The position numbers and the translations under genes were made by a program. From Sphagnum compactum (taxonomy: Eukaryota): a stretch of DNA of 64,000 bases. Below, one piece after another: positions 27,401 through 39,765 of this stretch. The stretch lies in NCBI GenBank assembly GCA_965153455.1, contig OZ234494.1, forward strand, positions 10,726,001 to 10,790,000, written 5' to 3'. The first letter of the stretch is position 1. Every line of letters starts with the position of its first letter. The notes beneath the pieces were generated by a model that saw only the letters and a program-made list of their open reading frames with translations, did not search any database and was not told the DNA's origin.

Positions 27401-27810
27401 AAAATGGTGCCAATTAATTCCATCAAAGTATGATCTAGTAAACTCTTTTGGACACAAGGACAAATTTTGCACCCCACACCTTGGGTAGGTGCCAAAGAAA
27501 CAACTATGCTTGTGCCAATCCTCATAATCATCTTTTGGGCACATTATAGCCTCCCACAAATTAATAATACATGTGTATACAATGTTTGAGGCTTGACATG
27601 GCTGCCTAGAATGACCACATACATCATCACAATGACAATCACAAAGTTGTTTGTCATGGGTGGTACTTTTTGTCCTCATTTCCTTCAATGCACGCTTCAA
27701 CTCATTGAGCTCTACATGGTAAATGCAACTAGTATTTCTGTCCTTCATAGGCATAACAAAAAATGGTTTTAAGATTCAAATTACCTTTGCCCCCTACAAA
27801 TGTTTTTGTA
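24490..27810 (-). pseudogene. Decayed Sola-type (Sola2-like) DDD transposase, interrupted by a CACTA element
   Basis: Minus-strand motifs in order: LKPFFV..KDRNTSCIYH, Cys-rich region, VVDFA*NYSFDVQNEMQSMY, HWVWSDGCASQFKS, HGK..NGTGVVIKR, WHVK|EDVNR (insertion point), GTMKIHSI..LTCFC. Many stops and frameshifts. The family assignment is from remembered motifs, not a search. Confidence 0.7.
25258..26615. mobile_element. Non-autonomous CACTA (En/Spm) element, 1358 bp
   Basis: Perfect 14-bp TIR CACTACAAGAAAAC / GTTTTCTTGTAGTG. Flanks ATT and ACT (TSD with one mismatch). Removing the element and one TSD copy restores the Sola frame WHVK(S/N)EDVNR. Subterminal TTGAC/GTCAA repeats. Confidence 0.92.
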
Positions 27811-28343
27811 AGAATTACAATTGAGTTCACAAAGGTCAAAAAGGCAGTTTTTAAAAAGAATATATTTCCTCATTTCAACAATAGTAAAACCTTGTGAACA
27901 ATGATCTAGAGTTTGCACAATAGAATCCCTTGGACATTAGGTAGCAGCAAAATTTTCTTTAAGAATTTATTTAATTGAGTTCACATAACCAAGTTTATAT
28001 TCAAAGCTCATAAGGTCATTGAAATCACTCATGATGATAAAAATAAATTCCAAGGTGCCATTTGTCTTGTCAGATTTCCATGGAAGATTCAAGAATTTAA
28101 TATATGTTTTAGCTTGACCCCCAAAAAAAAGAACTTTGTTGTACTATCTAATGGATTCAAATAGACTTCAAGTTACAAGATAACCAATTCATATGGACTT
28201 TGCGATAGTATCAACAATGCAAATGGACTTCAAGTTACAAGTTGTCCAATCCAAGTGGAGTCTTGAACAATTCCATCACTTCAAATGGTGTTCAGATTAC
28301 AAACCAACCAATTCAAAAGGACTTTGTAACTATCTAACCCACT

Positions 28344-28482
28344 CAAATGGGTTTTAAGTTACAACAGAACTCACTCAAATGGACTTTAGGTTACAACAGA
28401 ATTCACTCAAATGGACTTTAGGTTACAACAAAACCCACTCATCTGGACTTTAGATTACAACAGAACCCATCAAATGGACTTA
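28344..28482. repeat. 32-bp minisatellite, ~4 copies (more degenerate copies back to ~28155)
   Basis: Unit CAAATGGACTTTAGGTTACAACAGAACTCACT. Confidence 0.85.
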
Positions 28483-31400
28483 GCATATATACTACATAGA
28501 TTCTATGGACTCCAAGGCAATTTGTTCACAATAGTCCACAATGAATCAACAATTTTAGGTAACTGATTAATTCCATGCCTTCACAATAACCTGAAGTAAT
28601 ACATATATGGACTAAAAGTGTTGCACAACAGAATTTGCCCAGCTTCATCAAAAAACCAATGGCAATCCATTGAACTACAAACTTAATGGAGAGTTAACTA
28701 ACCAGTTTTTGTTCACAAGATTACTTTCTTATTGGACTAATCACTTCAAGGACTTCCATTCAAATCCATTCCAAAAAACTACAATGGACAAAGAACTGAG
28801 CCCTTTCTGGACTTTCCAATTTTTTTGAATGACAACCTCCAGGACATTGTTCACAATCAACATATTTGAAGGTAAAGATAAACATGTGTTTCCATGAGGA
28901 AATGAGTGGGCTTCTCATCGAATGTGCCTAGATTCACTCCCTGTTTTGTCACTTCAGCATTGTCAAGGGGCCGACTCGAGTCTCTTCTACCCACCATTGC
29001 ACCACTAGATTTCTTGTCGAAAGCAAGAGGTCATCAGTCCTCTTCTTTCTCACTGATAATCTCCACAAAGATGCCCCACTTTCACACATTGGAGACTGCA
29101 TGATAATGCTGTAGTAACATTTCAATAGTGCACACCAAGAAGCCTAGCCATGCCCCTAACTGAAGACTGCAAACAAGTAGAACTGCCCAATGCAATTCTG
29201 CACAAAACCATGCAGGCTGCAAAAATGGCACAAAAAGACAAGCCTGAAAATGCGCCAGAACAGAGCTCGTTAGAGGTATTTAGTGTCTTGTGCCATCAGT
29301 AGGTACTGCACCCTCATCATAGACTTTCTTGTAGGCCATTTTTAGGGGCCATTATCTGGTCTGAAGCTTTCGTTGTCTTACTCTCATGCTTTACTGTTTG
29401 AGTGTCATGGGTGTATCCATGGTTCCATATCAAAGCTCTGATCTTTAGGGCTATAATGTCTGATTTGCACCTGAATTTCATCATCAGAAGTTGCTGTGCT
29501 GATCAAAGTTGTATTGAAGTGTTTCTGTTCAACATGATATATATATATATATTTATATATAAATTGTGTCCTTCTCAAGTATGCACAGACAGTCTCCCTA
29601 ACAGTTGACAACCCCTTGCAGTGTTTTAAGCTTTTCCTAAGAATGTTTTTGAGTTCTTTGGGACATCCTTTGGCGTGAACTTGCACACTGTTTATATTCT
29701 TCATGGTAACAAGTAAACAAGTAAACAATATGTCTCATTTCACAGACAAATTTCCTTGGAAACAAGGATCTTCCCCTCTGGTACTGATCACCATGTTTAG
29801 ATTAATTTCCAGCACAATTGTTAGCACTTTGTTAATCTGTACAGGATTACGGAGCCTCAAATCAGTCTGTCCTTACAAGAACCCTGTGAGAGGAGTTTGG
29901 GTCAGTTAATTGTAGACTGGTGCAGCGTGGTAATCTGTTGGTTGTGAAACGGGTAGATTGAGTCTGTGATGTTGCAATATTCTCCGGCTAACAGCTGCTG
30001 CTGCCACTGTACTCCACTTGCCATCATTGTGTCCTTCAGGAATTGGACAAATGGAAGCATCAATAGCAGCAGCAGCAGCTGAGGCAACAGTGAGATGAAG
30101 AAAGAAGGCATGTTGGATGCTTCCTTCTGAAATTCTCTCTTCCAAGGGTGGTTTTTAATTCTTGAGATCAATGTCTCTTGTGATCTTTTGTTTCTTGGGT
30201 TTCCTTCCCAAGATATTGGTAAATTTTTGGGCGAGGCAAAGCCATTTAGTTGAAGGTGCATTGTGTAGCTTGTTCTCTAAAGTTTCTTTGATTTGTCGTA
30301 AGGAAATATTATTAAGCTCCAAAGGTCCAAGATGACTAAGTCTTTGGCTACAGTTTCTGTGCACAGCCAAAGACATCACTACTGCATATGAAAACCCATC
30401 AGGTTGAATCTACAGCCAGATATTATGGGTTTAAGAGAATCGGCTATTTTATACTATGCACAAAATTAGTCAACAGGTGTATCTCAGCACCATTACCCAA
30501 TCAAGCAAAGGATATGGTTGTTGTTGGGATTTCCTCACCGTCATTCCTTCATTTGTTGTGTAAATCTGGATCTCAGTTTGTCCAAATGTACTTTAAACCT
30601 AAACCTATCACCTGTGTCCTCATGCCCTAGCAACTTCATGTGACAAAAGTTGGGGTCCTGAACTTGTGGGTGACATGTACCTGGATGTCAATCAACCAAG
30701 TAGTTGAGTACCCTTTTTTCTAGGACAATTTTGTGTTATGCAATCTATAAAGTTGCAGTGGAATATGGAATGTGGAGTGGTCATTGCAGGCCATGAAATT
30801 TTAACTTTTATGTACTTTGAAATCTGGGGATTCGAACTGCAAGCACATGTTTCATCTCATACAAAATACTCACTTCACGAGAATTGACCAGACTTGGAGA
30901 AATGGGTGTCAGGAGAAATGTTGCCCAGTCGCTGATCTGACCAAGCCTTACCTGCCAAAGACTCCAAGTTGAATTTGAATTTCACAATAATTTGAGATGA
31001 CCCAAATCACACATGTGATTGGTTTGTATGTATGCATGTATGTATGTCGGGAATTTTGAGTAATTGGATTCAATACAATGATCTCAAATGATAACCTAAC
31101 CACAGTTCTTCCAGAAAGGGAAAGATTTCTTTAAGCCATGTGAACTAATTTGTATGTGAGTTTGTTCATTGGTGTGGCACCCAACAGTAGCTTCAAGTGT
31201 ATCTAGTGTCACACATCTAGCCCAAAAGCTCCTCCTGTTGGGTGTCTGGCACAACCATTGCAGACATTGAGAAACTCCCAGGACACAAATTGCTATCAAC
31301 TGACAAGAAAACCTCATACAGTGATGAAGAATTATTTATAATTGTTCTGAGTATTCTGAGATTTGACTCTCTCCAGAAGAGCTCATATTGTGCCGATGAA

Positions 31401-32703
31401 CTTGTTGATACAATTTGTTAAACATGCTTCTAGAAAATACCAGTTTTTCTGACTGGAAAAATGATTCTGTAGAAGTTGCTAAATTCTTTGTATATGTAAC
31501 TCTCACTAAGGAGAGATTCCGCCCTTCACCTGAAGCTTCTTATGGTCAATGTCACTTTCAAATGCATGTGACTACCCAGCATGTAGAAACTTCATGAGGT
31601 TTAGCAAATATAAATCCACAAAGTTCTTAATGATGTGGCAGAACCCTAAATTGTTAGGATTTTGCTAACCTAACTCTGATCCATCGAAACATTAGTTATC
31701 TATACATATGGCTGTTATGTATCCAACAAATTACAAGATGCAAGTTGTAGCTTTAGTGTGAGAGGAGTAAACTGTAAGAATATAGAGCTTTAGATTATCA
31801 TTTATTTCTACAATGAATGTCGAACTCAGACAATGTGAGCTGGAGATTGACATTTTCTCAACTCCCTTTTTTTTCTTTGTTGTAATTGAGTTGTACCTGA
31901 AGAAGCTTCAATAGGACATATTTTTCCCCTTTGCAAAGTGTGGGAGGTAGGTAGGGGAGCAGGGTCAGAAGGATGTTTCTGCACATCAGATCCAAGTGAT
32001 GATGAATGTGCCAGGGAGTAGGTATTAATATGGTTCCATGGTTGCAAGTTGCAACTACCCTTGTAGAGAATATCATGGCATCGAAATGACAAACATAAGA
32101 AGTTGAAATGTGCAATAATATATATTCAATATAAATTGATGTAGAAAGTGGAGGCAAAACTAACATGGAGGGAAAAAAAAAACAGAAAACAAAATTTCAT
32201 TGTGCACCCAAATATTGAGGATTTCAGATTCTTCACCCACCCACCGGTCTGTCTCTATAAGATTGAACCATAAGAAGTTCTTGAATCAAACCCTCATCGA
32301 AACTCTACCTTCCCTTATTCATACCTACTCATGGGATGATTGAATATCCAATCATGATATCATGGTCACCATGTTTTACCATTGCAATGAATGTGAAGAT
32401 TCGATCAAATGATGGATGGCATTATGCACCCAAGTTTTACCTCCTTGATGCATGATTTTCATGTAGGAAGTGAAACAAATCAAACTACCTTCTCTTATAT
32501 ACTACCTTTGGATTACATTCGATAGTTTGTTAAATTTCTTCACTCTGTTGTACTAGTTGTTTCACCATCCTAACATACTCACAGTTCCAGTTTGCACAAG
32601 CTTGGGCCCAACCAAGGAAAAAGTCTTCATTATCACAAAGCAAAGCAAACCCCTTTGCATCACATTCTTCACTTGTCAATCATTTTTTGGAGAGCATATA
32701 CAC

Positions 32704-33042
32704 CAGTGTTGGGCGGTTATTTGATTCTGTTAATAACCGCTGACTCTGGTTTTCTTTTCGTAATTCCGAATCAGAGAACTGCTGGTTTCAGGTTTTTGAA
32801 AGGAAAACAGAGTCAAAGAATCATGGGTTCTGGTCATTTCATACACTTCAAAGAATTACGCACCAGTTTTCAAGATCTTGTGGGCAGTTCCTTGACTTTT
32901 TGAATTCTATTTTTTGAGAACTGTCCTTAATATATCAGAACTGGGTCTTTGAATTTTCTGAGAACCATGGCAATGAACTTCAGGAACCGCAGCGAGATCC
33001 AGTGGGTGGTTTGGTGCAGTTTCTAATACCCATCCAACACTG
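32704..33042. mobile_element. hAT-like MITE, ~340 bp
   Basis: Termini CAGTGTTGGGCGGTTATT ... AATACCCATCCAACACTG (15/18 inverted match). Internal GAACC/GGTT(T/C) motifs. The 8-bp TSD is only degenerate. Confidence 0.55.
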
Positions 33043-36000
33043 GTATTACGCAGTGGCAACTAACCCATCTCTTGCCGAAAGACAGAATTCTAAACAGATT
33101 CTAAACAAATTCTAAACTCCGAAGCCTAGGAAACTACACTACTATATGTACAATTAACAGTGCATTTATCCCATGCTACTATGCAATGTACGTGTTCAAA
33201 GTTCAAAGCTCTCATACCCATTAGTAATACTAGCTAAAAGCCTGTGTAGAACTAGGTACAAATGATGTGAGGAAAAAGATTGGGTCTGTCCAGTGATCAT
33301 GGTATCATCATCATGATACTTGTGAATAGGTAGTAAGTTAAGTACACACAAGGGCCAAAGCATGTTTGGTGCAGGTGCAAGAAAATCCAAGTAAATCAAA
33401 GCAAAAATCATTCACACCATTTGGAGGAGCTGAGGAGCCAACTTTTTCAGCAATTTGTAGATCAGTTTCATTCACACAAGATTTGTGAAAATGAGAAAAT
33501 TCACGAGCTAGGCTACTTATTAGAGCATAGTTGCTAGTTGTACCAAGAAGATGGCGTTGTTTGTAAATTGATGATGATGACCATGACAACGATGAAGGTG
33601 AGTTGTAAATGACAAATCCGACAAGAGAATCCAAGGTCTTTCTGAAACAGCCCATAACGTATTTATCGGGCCTCATCATGTTTTTGTGTTCATCCCCTTC
33701 TTCAGGCTTCAAGTATTTGCAGCTTGCAAGTTGTCTAGAATGGCGGCTGCCTACCTCTGCTTCTGTTCGACAAAATTAGTGCATCAGTGGTGTGTGAGAG
33801 TTGAGACTACGAGGGTTTGTTTTTAACCATGGTTTGTGTGTACTTCGACAAACTATAGGCAGGTGCAACTATCTTTTACCCACTCACAAAAGCATGGAGG
33901 TAAAAATGTGGCAATTAGGACCCTTTCTTTTAGTGTTGGGCTAATATAATCAAATTTGATTTTGATATGTCAAGGCAAGGGTAAACATGCATGTGTTGCA
34001 AAATTTGCAAATTTGGGTCAAATTTGGGAAAGATTAGAGTCTACATAATCTATTGAAATTTCCATCTGGGTCAAGGAAATATCCATGAAATTACATCTAT
34101 ATACTATATACCTTGATTTTTAGGGTAAATTCAAGAATACATGATTTTTGTTTTAATTTCCCTCATAGTTGTTACATTTTTCACTTTGAAATGGGTATAT
34201 TTTAAGTAGAAGACGAACTCTTTGGGGTCATTTTGTGTGTAGTTTCTTTTGACTCAAAATACCCTGAATTTTGCTACTTTTTGCAGTTCATGCAAGTAGG
34301 GTTAAAAATCCGAGTACTCAAAGCTCATAATAAACCCTAAAATTTCTGGGGGAGAGTTTAGAGTTTAGGGTTTAGTTTGAGAGTTTTTTTAATCTCCCTA
34401 GAAAATAAATCCAAGTTAAAAAGAAATTTACCTTACAACAACAGTGGTTTCACAGAATTTGAAGAACCCGACTCAAATTTTTTTTTCCTTATAACGACGT
34501 ATCTTTTAACAAAATTTCCCATCTTGGCGGGGGAAGAATTTAAAGATTCTTTGACATCCCAATCCCAAATGTCATGTGTTCATGTTTCCAATGCCAGCGG
34601 CAAAATTAACTGTCTTTGGCTGTGGAAGAGAGCATTGTCGCTCACGGCTCATTCTTCTTGTACAAACTATTACAATGGGTGTTGTTCATAAGTCATTAAA
34701 TTTTTTATTTACCGTAACCTTGACCTAGTTATTATATTAGGCAACAGGTATCAAATGTAAGGCAAACAATTGATGCCAGGAAAGTGTTTGTCTGCACACC
34801 CAAAAAAAAAAAAAAAAAGGTTTAATAACCAAAAAAAAGGCCACTATAAATTAAAAATTTATATATATATATATATATATATGTCCTACACAACACAACC
34901 CTACCCTCTGGGGCTGGCAAAAAGCCTTTCAAAAGATGGCAGAACAAAGAAGTAAGTAGCCTACCCACCCCATGTGTGATTGCTTGACTAAAACAGAGTG
35001 GAACTTCTCTCAAACAATAATTGCCTTGTACTACTACAATGATCAAACAACAGCCTACTAATTATGAATGGTCTTTTTACCCCTCTTGTCAGTTCAAAGT
35101 CTCCTCCAACACAAAAAATTAGGTGTATGTATATTTCATTTCATTTCATTTCAAAATGGATGAAAAACATGTTAAAACACATCAATTGGGGGACGGAAAT
35201 GGATGGATAATTGAATCTCATGAAAAATAATAACCATTTTTTTTTAATCTATATTGTGAAATGGCCCAAGCTTTTTGTGAAGGCCAAGCAATGCCATTCT
35301 TGTTTTATTTACCCCCCCTAGTAGGTCTTGAAATTTTGGAATGTTTCACAAGAAAACAAGCTTTCATGCCAAGAAGAAGAAGAAGAAGAAGAATGTTAAT
35401 TGACCTTTGGTTTATGTGCCCTAGGTTTATTTGTCCCCTAGATAATAAGGTTGTCAACACTTACCTAGTAGGATTGTCCATGAATCTCCAACCCTAGATC
35501 ATTAGCATTTTTGTAGTAAAGTGCACACCCATATTTTGGATGACCCAACATACTCTTGCTCATCCTTATTTAGGGTTTTTAAAAAAACCCTTGTTTTAGG
35601 GTTTGGTTCTTGAACTTTGGCTTGAGCATTTGAAACATAAGGATTCACTATGCCTCTTGGGACTTGAATGGGGAGTTTCTTAAACAAAGAGATGGACTGG
35701 GGCTCCATCTTTTTGGACACATGAATGGGCTGATTTGATTTGAGCCTCTTGTACACAAGACAAGATTCTTTGATGCAAGGGGCTGATTTGGCTTGAGCCT
35801 TGTGCATTTGGGCCCAAGCTTATTTAACACACGGGCCGGGTTGTTGGAGGGTCTGGCTGGGCCTTTTGGACTTGAGTTCAAGCTTCTTGAACACATGGAT
35901 ACGCACAAGATGCTGAACACTCTTGCACGAGCTTTGTCCAGTGCATTTCTGGCCTTGTCTTTTTGTGCTTTGCATGATTCTATGTATAAGCAAAAAACCC

Positions 36001-37674
36001 TAAACCCTATGTTTTGCAAAAAAACATTTAAACCCTAAACCCTAAAATACAGGGAGTAGATTTAGGGTTTTGCAAAAAAAAATTAATTAAATTTAATTTA
36101 AAAAAATTATCACTATGCTCTAATGTCTCACACTGATTTCAAACTCAACATTACTTAAGAGAAAATGAGGATACCTTTCATTAACATAATTTTTGACGTA
36201 AAATTGTTATTTTATGTGTAACCTAAAACTAAGGTCAAACCCTACGACAGAGCCACACAATTCTTTGCAGGGCTGAGTGTGGTCGGCCAAGCAATGTGTG
36301 GGACAAAGCTTGTTGGGGGTGTTTAGGGTTTTCTGGGATAGGCTGAGCTATGTTTTTCTTTTAAAGCTTTGGTTCAGGATTTTTGGACACTGAGCTTGAT
36401 GGATGTGGGCCTTCTTAGGTTGGCCTGACCTTCTTGTACATAAAGGTTTGGTTGGCCTGAGGCCTCTGGGATTTGGGTCCGAGCTTTTTTGGACATGGGA
36501 TGGGGGAACAGGGCCCAAGCAAGCTCAAGAAACACAAACTTTGAAACAAGGACAAAAAGAAAAAGCCCCGCCCCTCAATAGAGATGATCACAAGTATTCA
36601 ATTGACCCAAGAGTGGAAGAGAAGAAGAGAGAGAGAGAGAGAGAAGTTCATGAACAAAATTGTACTTTGGACAACACAATTGGTGAGACCTCAAGTGTGT
36701 GGACAAACCTTATGTAAGGACAATTTTTGTTGGCCCTAAAGGTTTTTTATTTTCTTGGAAAACATTCCTCCAAAATTCCCAAGATTTTACAACAATTTTT
36801 ATTGACCTAAAAAGGTTATTTTCCTGAAAAAAAATTCCCCAAAATCCTCAAAATTTATCTACTCTAGGAAACAATTCCTGAATGAAATGACCCAGGCCTT
36901 GGTTCCCTCCACCACCCCACCCCCCACCATTTCTTAACACAAAGATTGCCCTTTTTTTTTACTACCTAGGTATTTCTTACAAAACTCATGTTGGAAAGGA
37001 AGGAAAAAAAAAACCCATCACAAACAAACAATAATACTCTGTATCAAAACTCCTATCACAACAAAAATAACAACAAAATGACACTCTACCATAATTCATG
37101 ACACCCAATGATTTGCTTCCTCTAAATTCCCATCTCCCATTATTTTATTTCCCAGTGGATTTTCCCCCATCTCCAAAACCAATTTCCTTCCTCTAAATTC
37201 CCCCCATCTCCAATTATTTTCCTTCCCAGTGGGTTTTTCCCTCATCTCCAATTACTGGGGCGAAAGGAAGGAAGGAAGGAAGGAAGGAAGTACCTAGTGG
37301 ATGAGGAAACCCCTTGAACTTTGCAGAGCTCTAGAATTTCTCAGCCCTAACTCAAAAAATTAAATAAGTGACCAAAATCAACCTTGTTCAAGACTGACGA
37401 TCATCATGATGGGTTCGTTGTTGGCCTGCGTGACAGAGAGAGGGAGAGAGAGACACACACAAGCAAACAAACAAACAAATAAACAAAAGAAAGAAGCTGC
37501 TGATCATCATCAGCAGCAGCCTTGACAGAGAAGGAGAAAGTTCTAAGCTTGTTACTGAACTTCTTATAAGAAAGACACCCACAAAACAAAACAAAACAAA
37601 ACAAAGCAAATTTTTGATTAAAAAAACCTGAGCTTTTAAGAGTCTAAGAATGGGGAGCTTTTCGAGGTTGTGCA

Positions 37675-38160
37675 CTAGAGAATAAGGTGAGGTGGGTTCT
37701 TCAGAGGTAAATAGACAGAAAAGAAAACTGCAAGAGAAGCAAGTGAGCAGGTTCTTCAGCTCAGGTTTAGAGGAACCCAACACAAAATATATAAATTTTT
37801 TTATAAAATAATAATAATAATAATAATCCCCCAAAAAAAAAAAAAAAAAAAACGCTACTAGAGAAAGAAGGTGAGCTTGAAGAACTAGGTGATGATGTTC
37901 TTCAGAGGTTAAGAGAGAAGAAAAGAAAAACTACTAGAGAAGGAAGGTGAACTTCATGAAGAAGTTGGTGATCAGGTACTTCTTCAGAGGTTTTAGATAG
38001 AAGGAAAAAAAAACACACTAGTATCTAGAGAAGGAAGCTGCTAGCAGCTGGTGATCTTGTTCATCATCAGGTGAGAGAGCCTAGCTTCTTGGGAGGTGTG
38101 GTGGGTTTTAGAGAGACGAAGAAGAAGAAGAAACAAAACTGCTGAGCATTTTAGAGAAAA
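37675..38160. repeat. Imperfect ~75-85-bp tandem repeat upstream of the SCPL gene, embedded among microsatellites
   Basis: CTAGAGAA..AGGTGAG...TTCTTCAGAGGT..AGAAAA recurs near 37675, 37857, 37934 and 38025. Confidence 0.6.
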
Positions 38161-38691
38161 AAGAAGCTGAGCATTGGTTGTTGTTGTTGCTGCTGCTGCT
38201 GCTGCTGCAGCAGTTGATGATGATGATGATGATGATCCATATAATTGCTGTAAAACCCACCAGCGAGCTTTGTTTGTGTAATAATTACAAAAAATAAATT
38301 AAAGTTATATACAAAAATTTATGGCCAACTGGAACACCATCCATCAATCAATCACATGAAGGAGCAACAACCCACTCCAAGAAACTGCAATCACCAGAAA
38401 GAAACACCAGAAAGAATTAGCTACTACAACTGCATACCAGAAGCAGCAGCAGCAGCAGTTATGGTACCTCATGCTGCAGCATCTGTGCCTGTTGCAGCAG
38501 CTTTCTGTTATTTTATTCTCGCTTCCAATGTAAAGAAAGAGTTGCAGTAGTAGTAGCAGCAGCTCTCTCTCTCTCTTGACAGCAGCTGCATGAGCTGCAA
38601 GACGTACATGAGTTTCTCACTCTAGTCTCGTGGATCATATTGGAGGATCTATGTTGATGATGTAGCTGGTGGGATCTGATCGTTTGCAGTG

Positions 38692-39243
38692 ATGTATCAG
38701 CTGCTTCTGTTGTTGTTGGAGATGATGATGATGAGGATGAGGATGATGATGGTCATCAACATGTGTGGAATGTTGGTTTTTTCTAGTGCTGGAGGAGCTG
38801 CTGCTGCTGCTGCTGCTGCAGGAGCTCAGGGAGGTGGCGGCGGTGTGGCGGATTTGGTGACGAGTTTGCCGGGACAACCAGCAGGCGTGGAGTTCAAGCA
38901 ATACGCGGGGTATGTGACGGTGAGTGAGGCGCATGGCAGGGCGCTGTTTTACTGGTTTGTGGAAGCTGATCACAAGGACGCTGCTTCCCTTCCTGTTGCA
39001 CTCTGGTTCAATGGAGGTGAGGAGAGAAAGAGTCGGAAGCGCAAGACTAGATCAGCTCACAACTGTCCCCAACACACACACACACACACACACATCTTCT
39101 GACCATCTTGAGAGAGAAAAGAAAAATCATCAGTCCCAGACACACATGAGAAGAAGAAGATCACACTCCCCAGACAGCTGCTCAGACTCCTGCTCTGTCC
39201 CACAGAGCTCAGTACCTGCAGAGAGAGTCCCACAGACACAGAG

Positions 39244-39274
<31 letters not shown>

Positions 39275-39719
39275 ACTTGAATCCAAGAGAGACTAGTCCC
39301 AGAGAACACGAGTTCTACTTGATCATGGGTTCTAGCTAGTGTTTGGTTTTGTATTGTACAATAGCTTCACAACTATAGATCTGTTTCTGCAGCACAACTT
39401 CTCCAGCTTAGGGACAGCTCCACAGAACTTGATCTGCGAAGTGTTTTCTGTTCAAGATGTAGAATTTTTTTTTCTTTTCGTGTTTTTTTTTTGGTGGCTT
39501 GATGCGTGGATGGGTGGGTCGGTGATGATGATGATCAATGTTGTTTGATTGTAAGCTGCTGCGTCACTGTGTGCAGGACCAGGATGCTCATCTGTAGGAG
39601 AAGGGTTTTTGCAAGAGCTTGGTCCCTTCTTTCCGAATGCAGATGGAACTGGACTTATTCGGAACAAGCAATCATGGAACAAATGTCCGTAACCTTCCTC
39701 TTCCTCCCATCTCCCAACT

Positions 39720-39765
<46 letters not shown>

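Noticed and set aside
28155-28482. Short regularly spaced repeats as a CRISPR array
   Set aside because: Head-to-tail 32-bp units with no unique spacers, no cas genes, eukaryotic context.
29902-30111. ORF with signal-peptide-like MPSFFISLLPQLLLLLLML
   Set aside because: The hydrophobic run is simply the (CTG)n microsatellite read in one frame; no recognisable domain follows.
33338-33712. 124-aa minus-strand ORF with RHLL and GSSAPP...CTC, reminiscent of EPF/EPFL peptides
   Set aside because: Lacks the six-cysteine spacing and an in-frame signal peptide, so it is not supportable as a gene.
34330-36070. AAACCCT/AGGGTTT motifs as interstitial telomere or element TIRs (also 43070-43145 and 49040-49470)
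   Set aside because: Only scattered 1-3-unit, often 6-bp variants; no long TTTAGGG array, no clear TIR/TSD pair.
37428-37545. TGACAGAGAGAG... resembling miR156/miR535
   Set aside because: It runs into a GA microsatellite, does not match the mature sequences, and no complementary star arm was found nearby.
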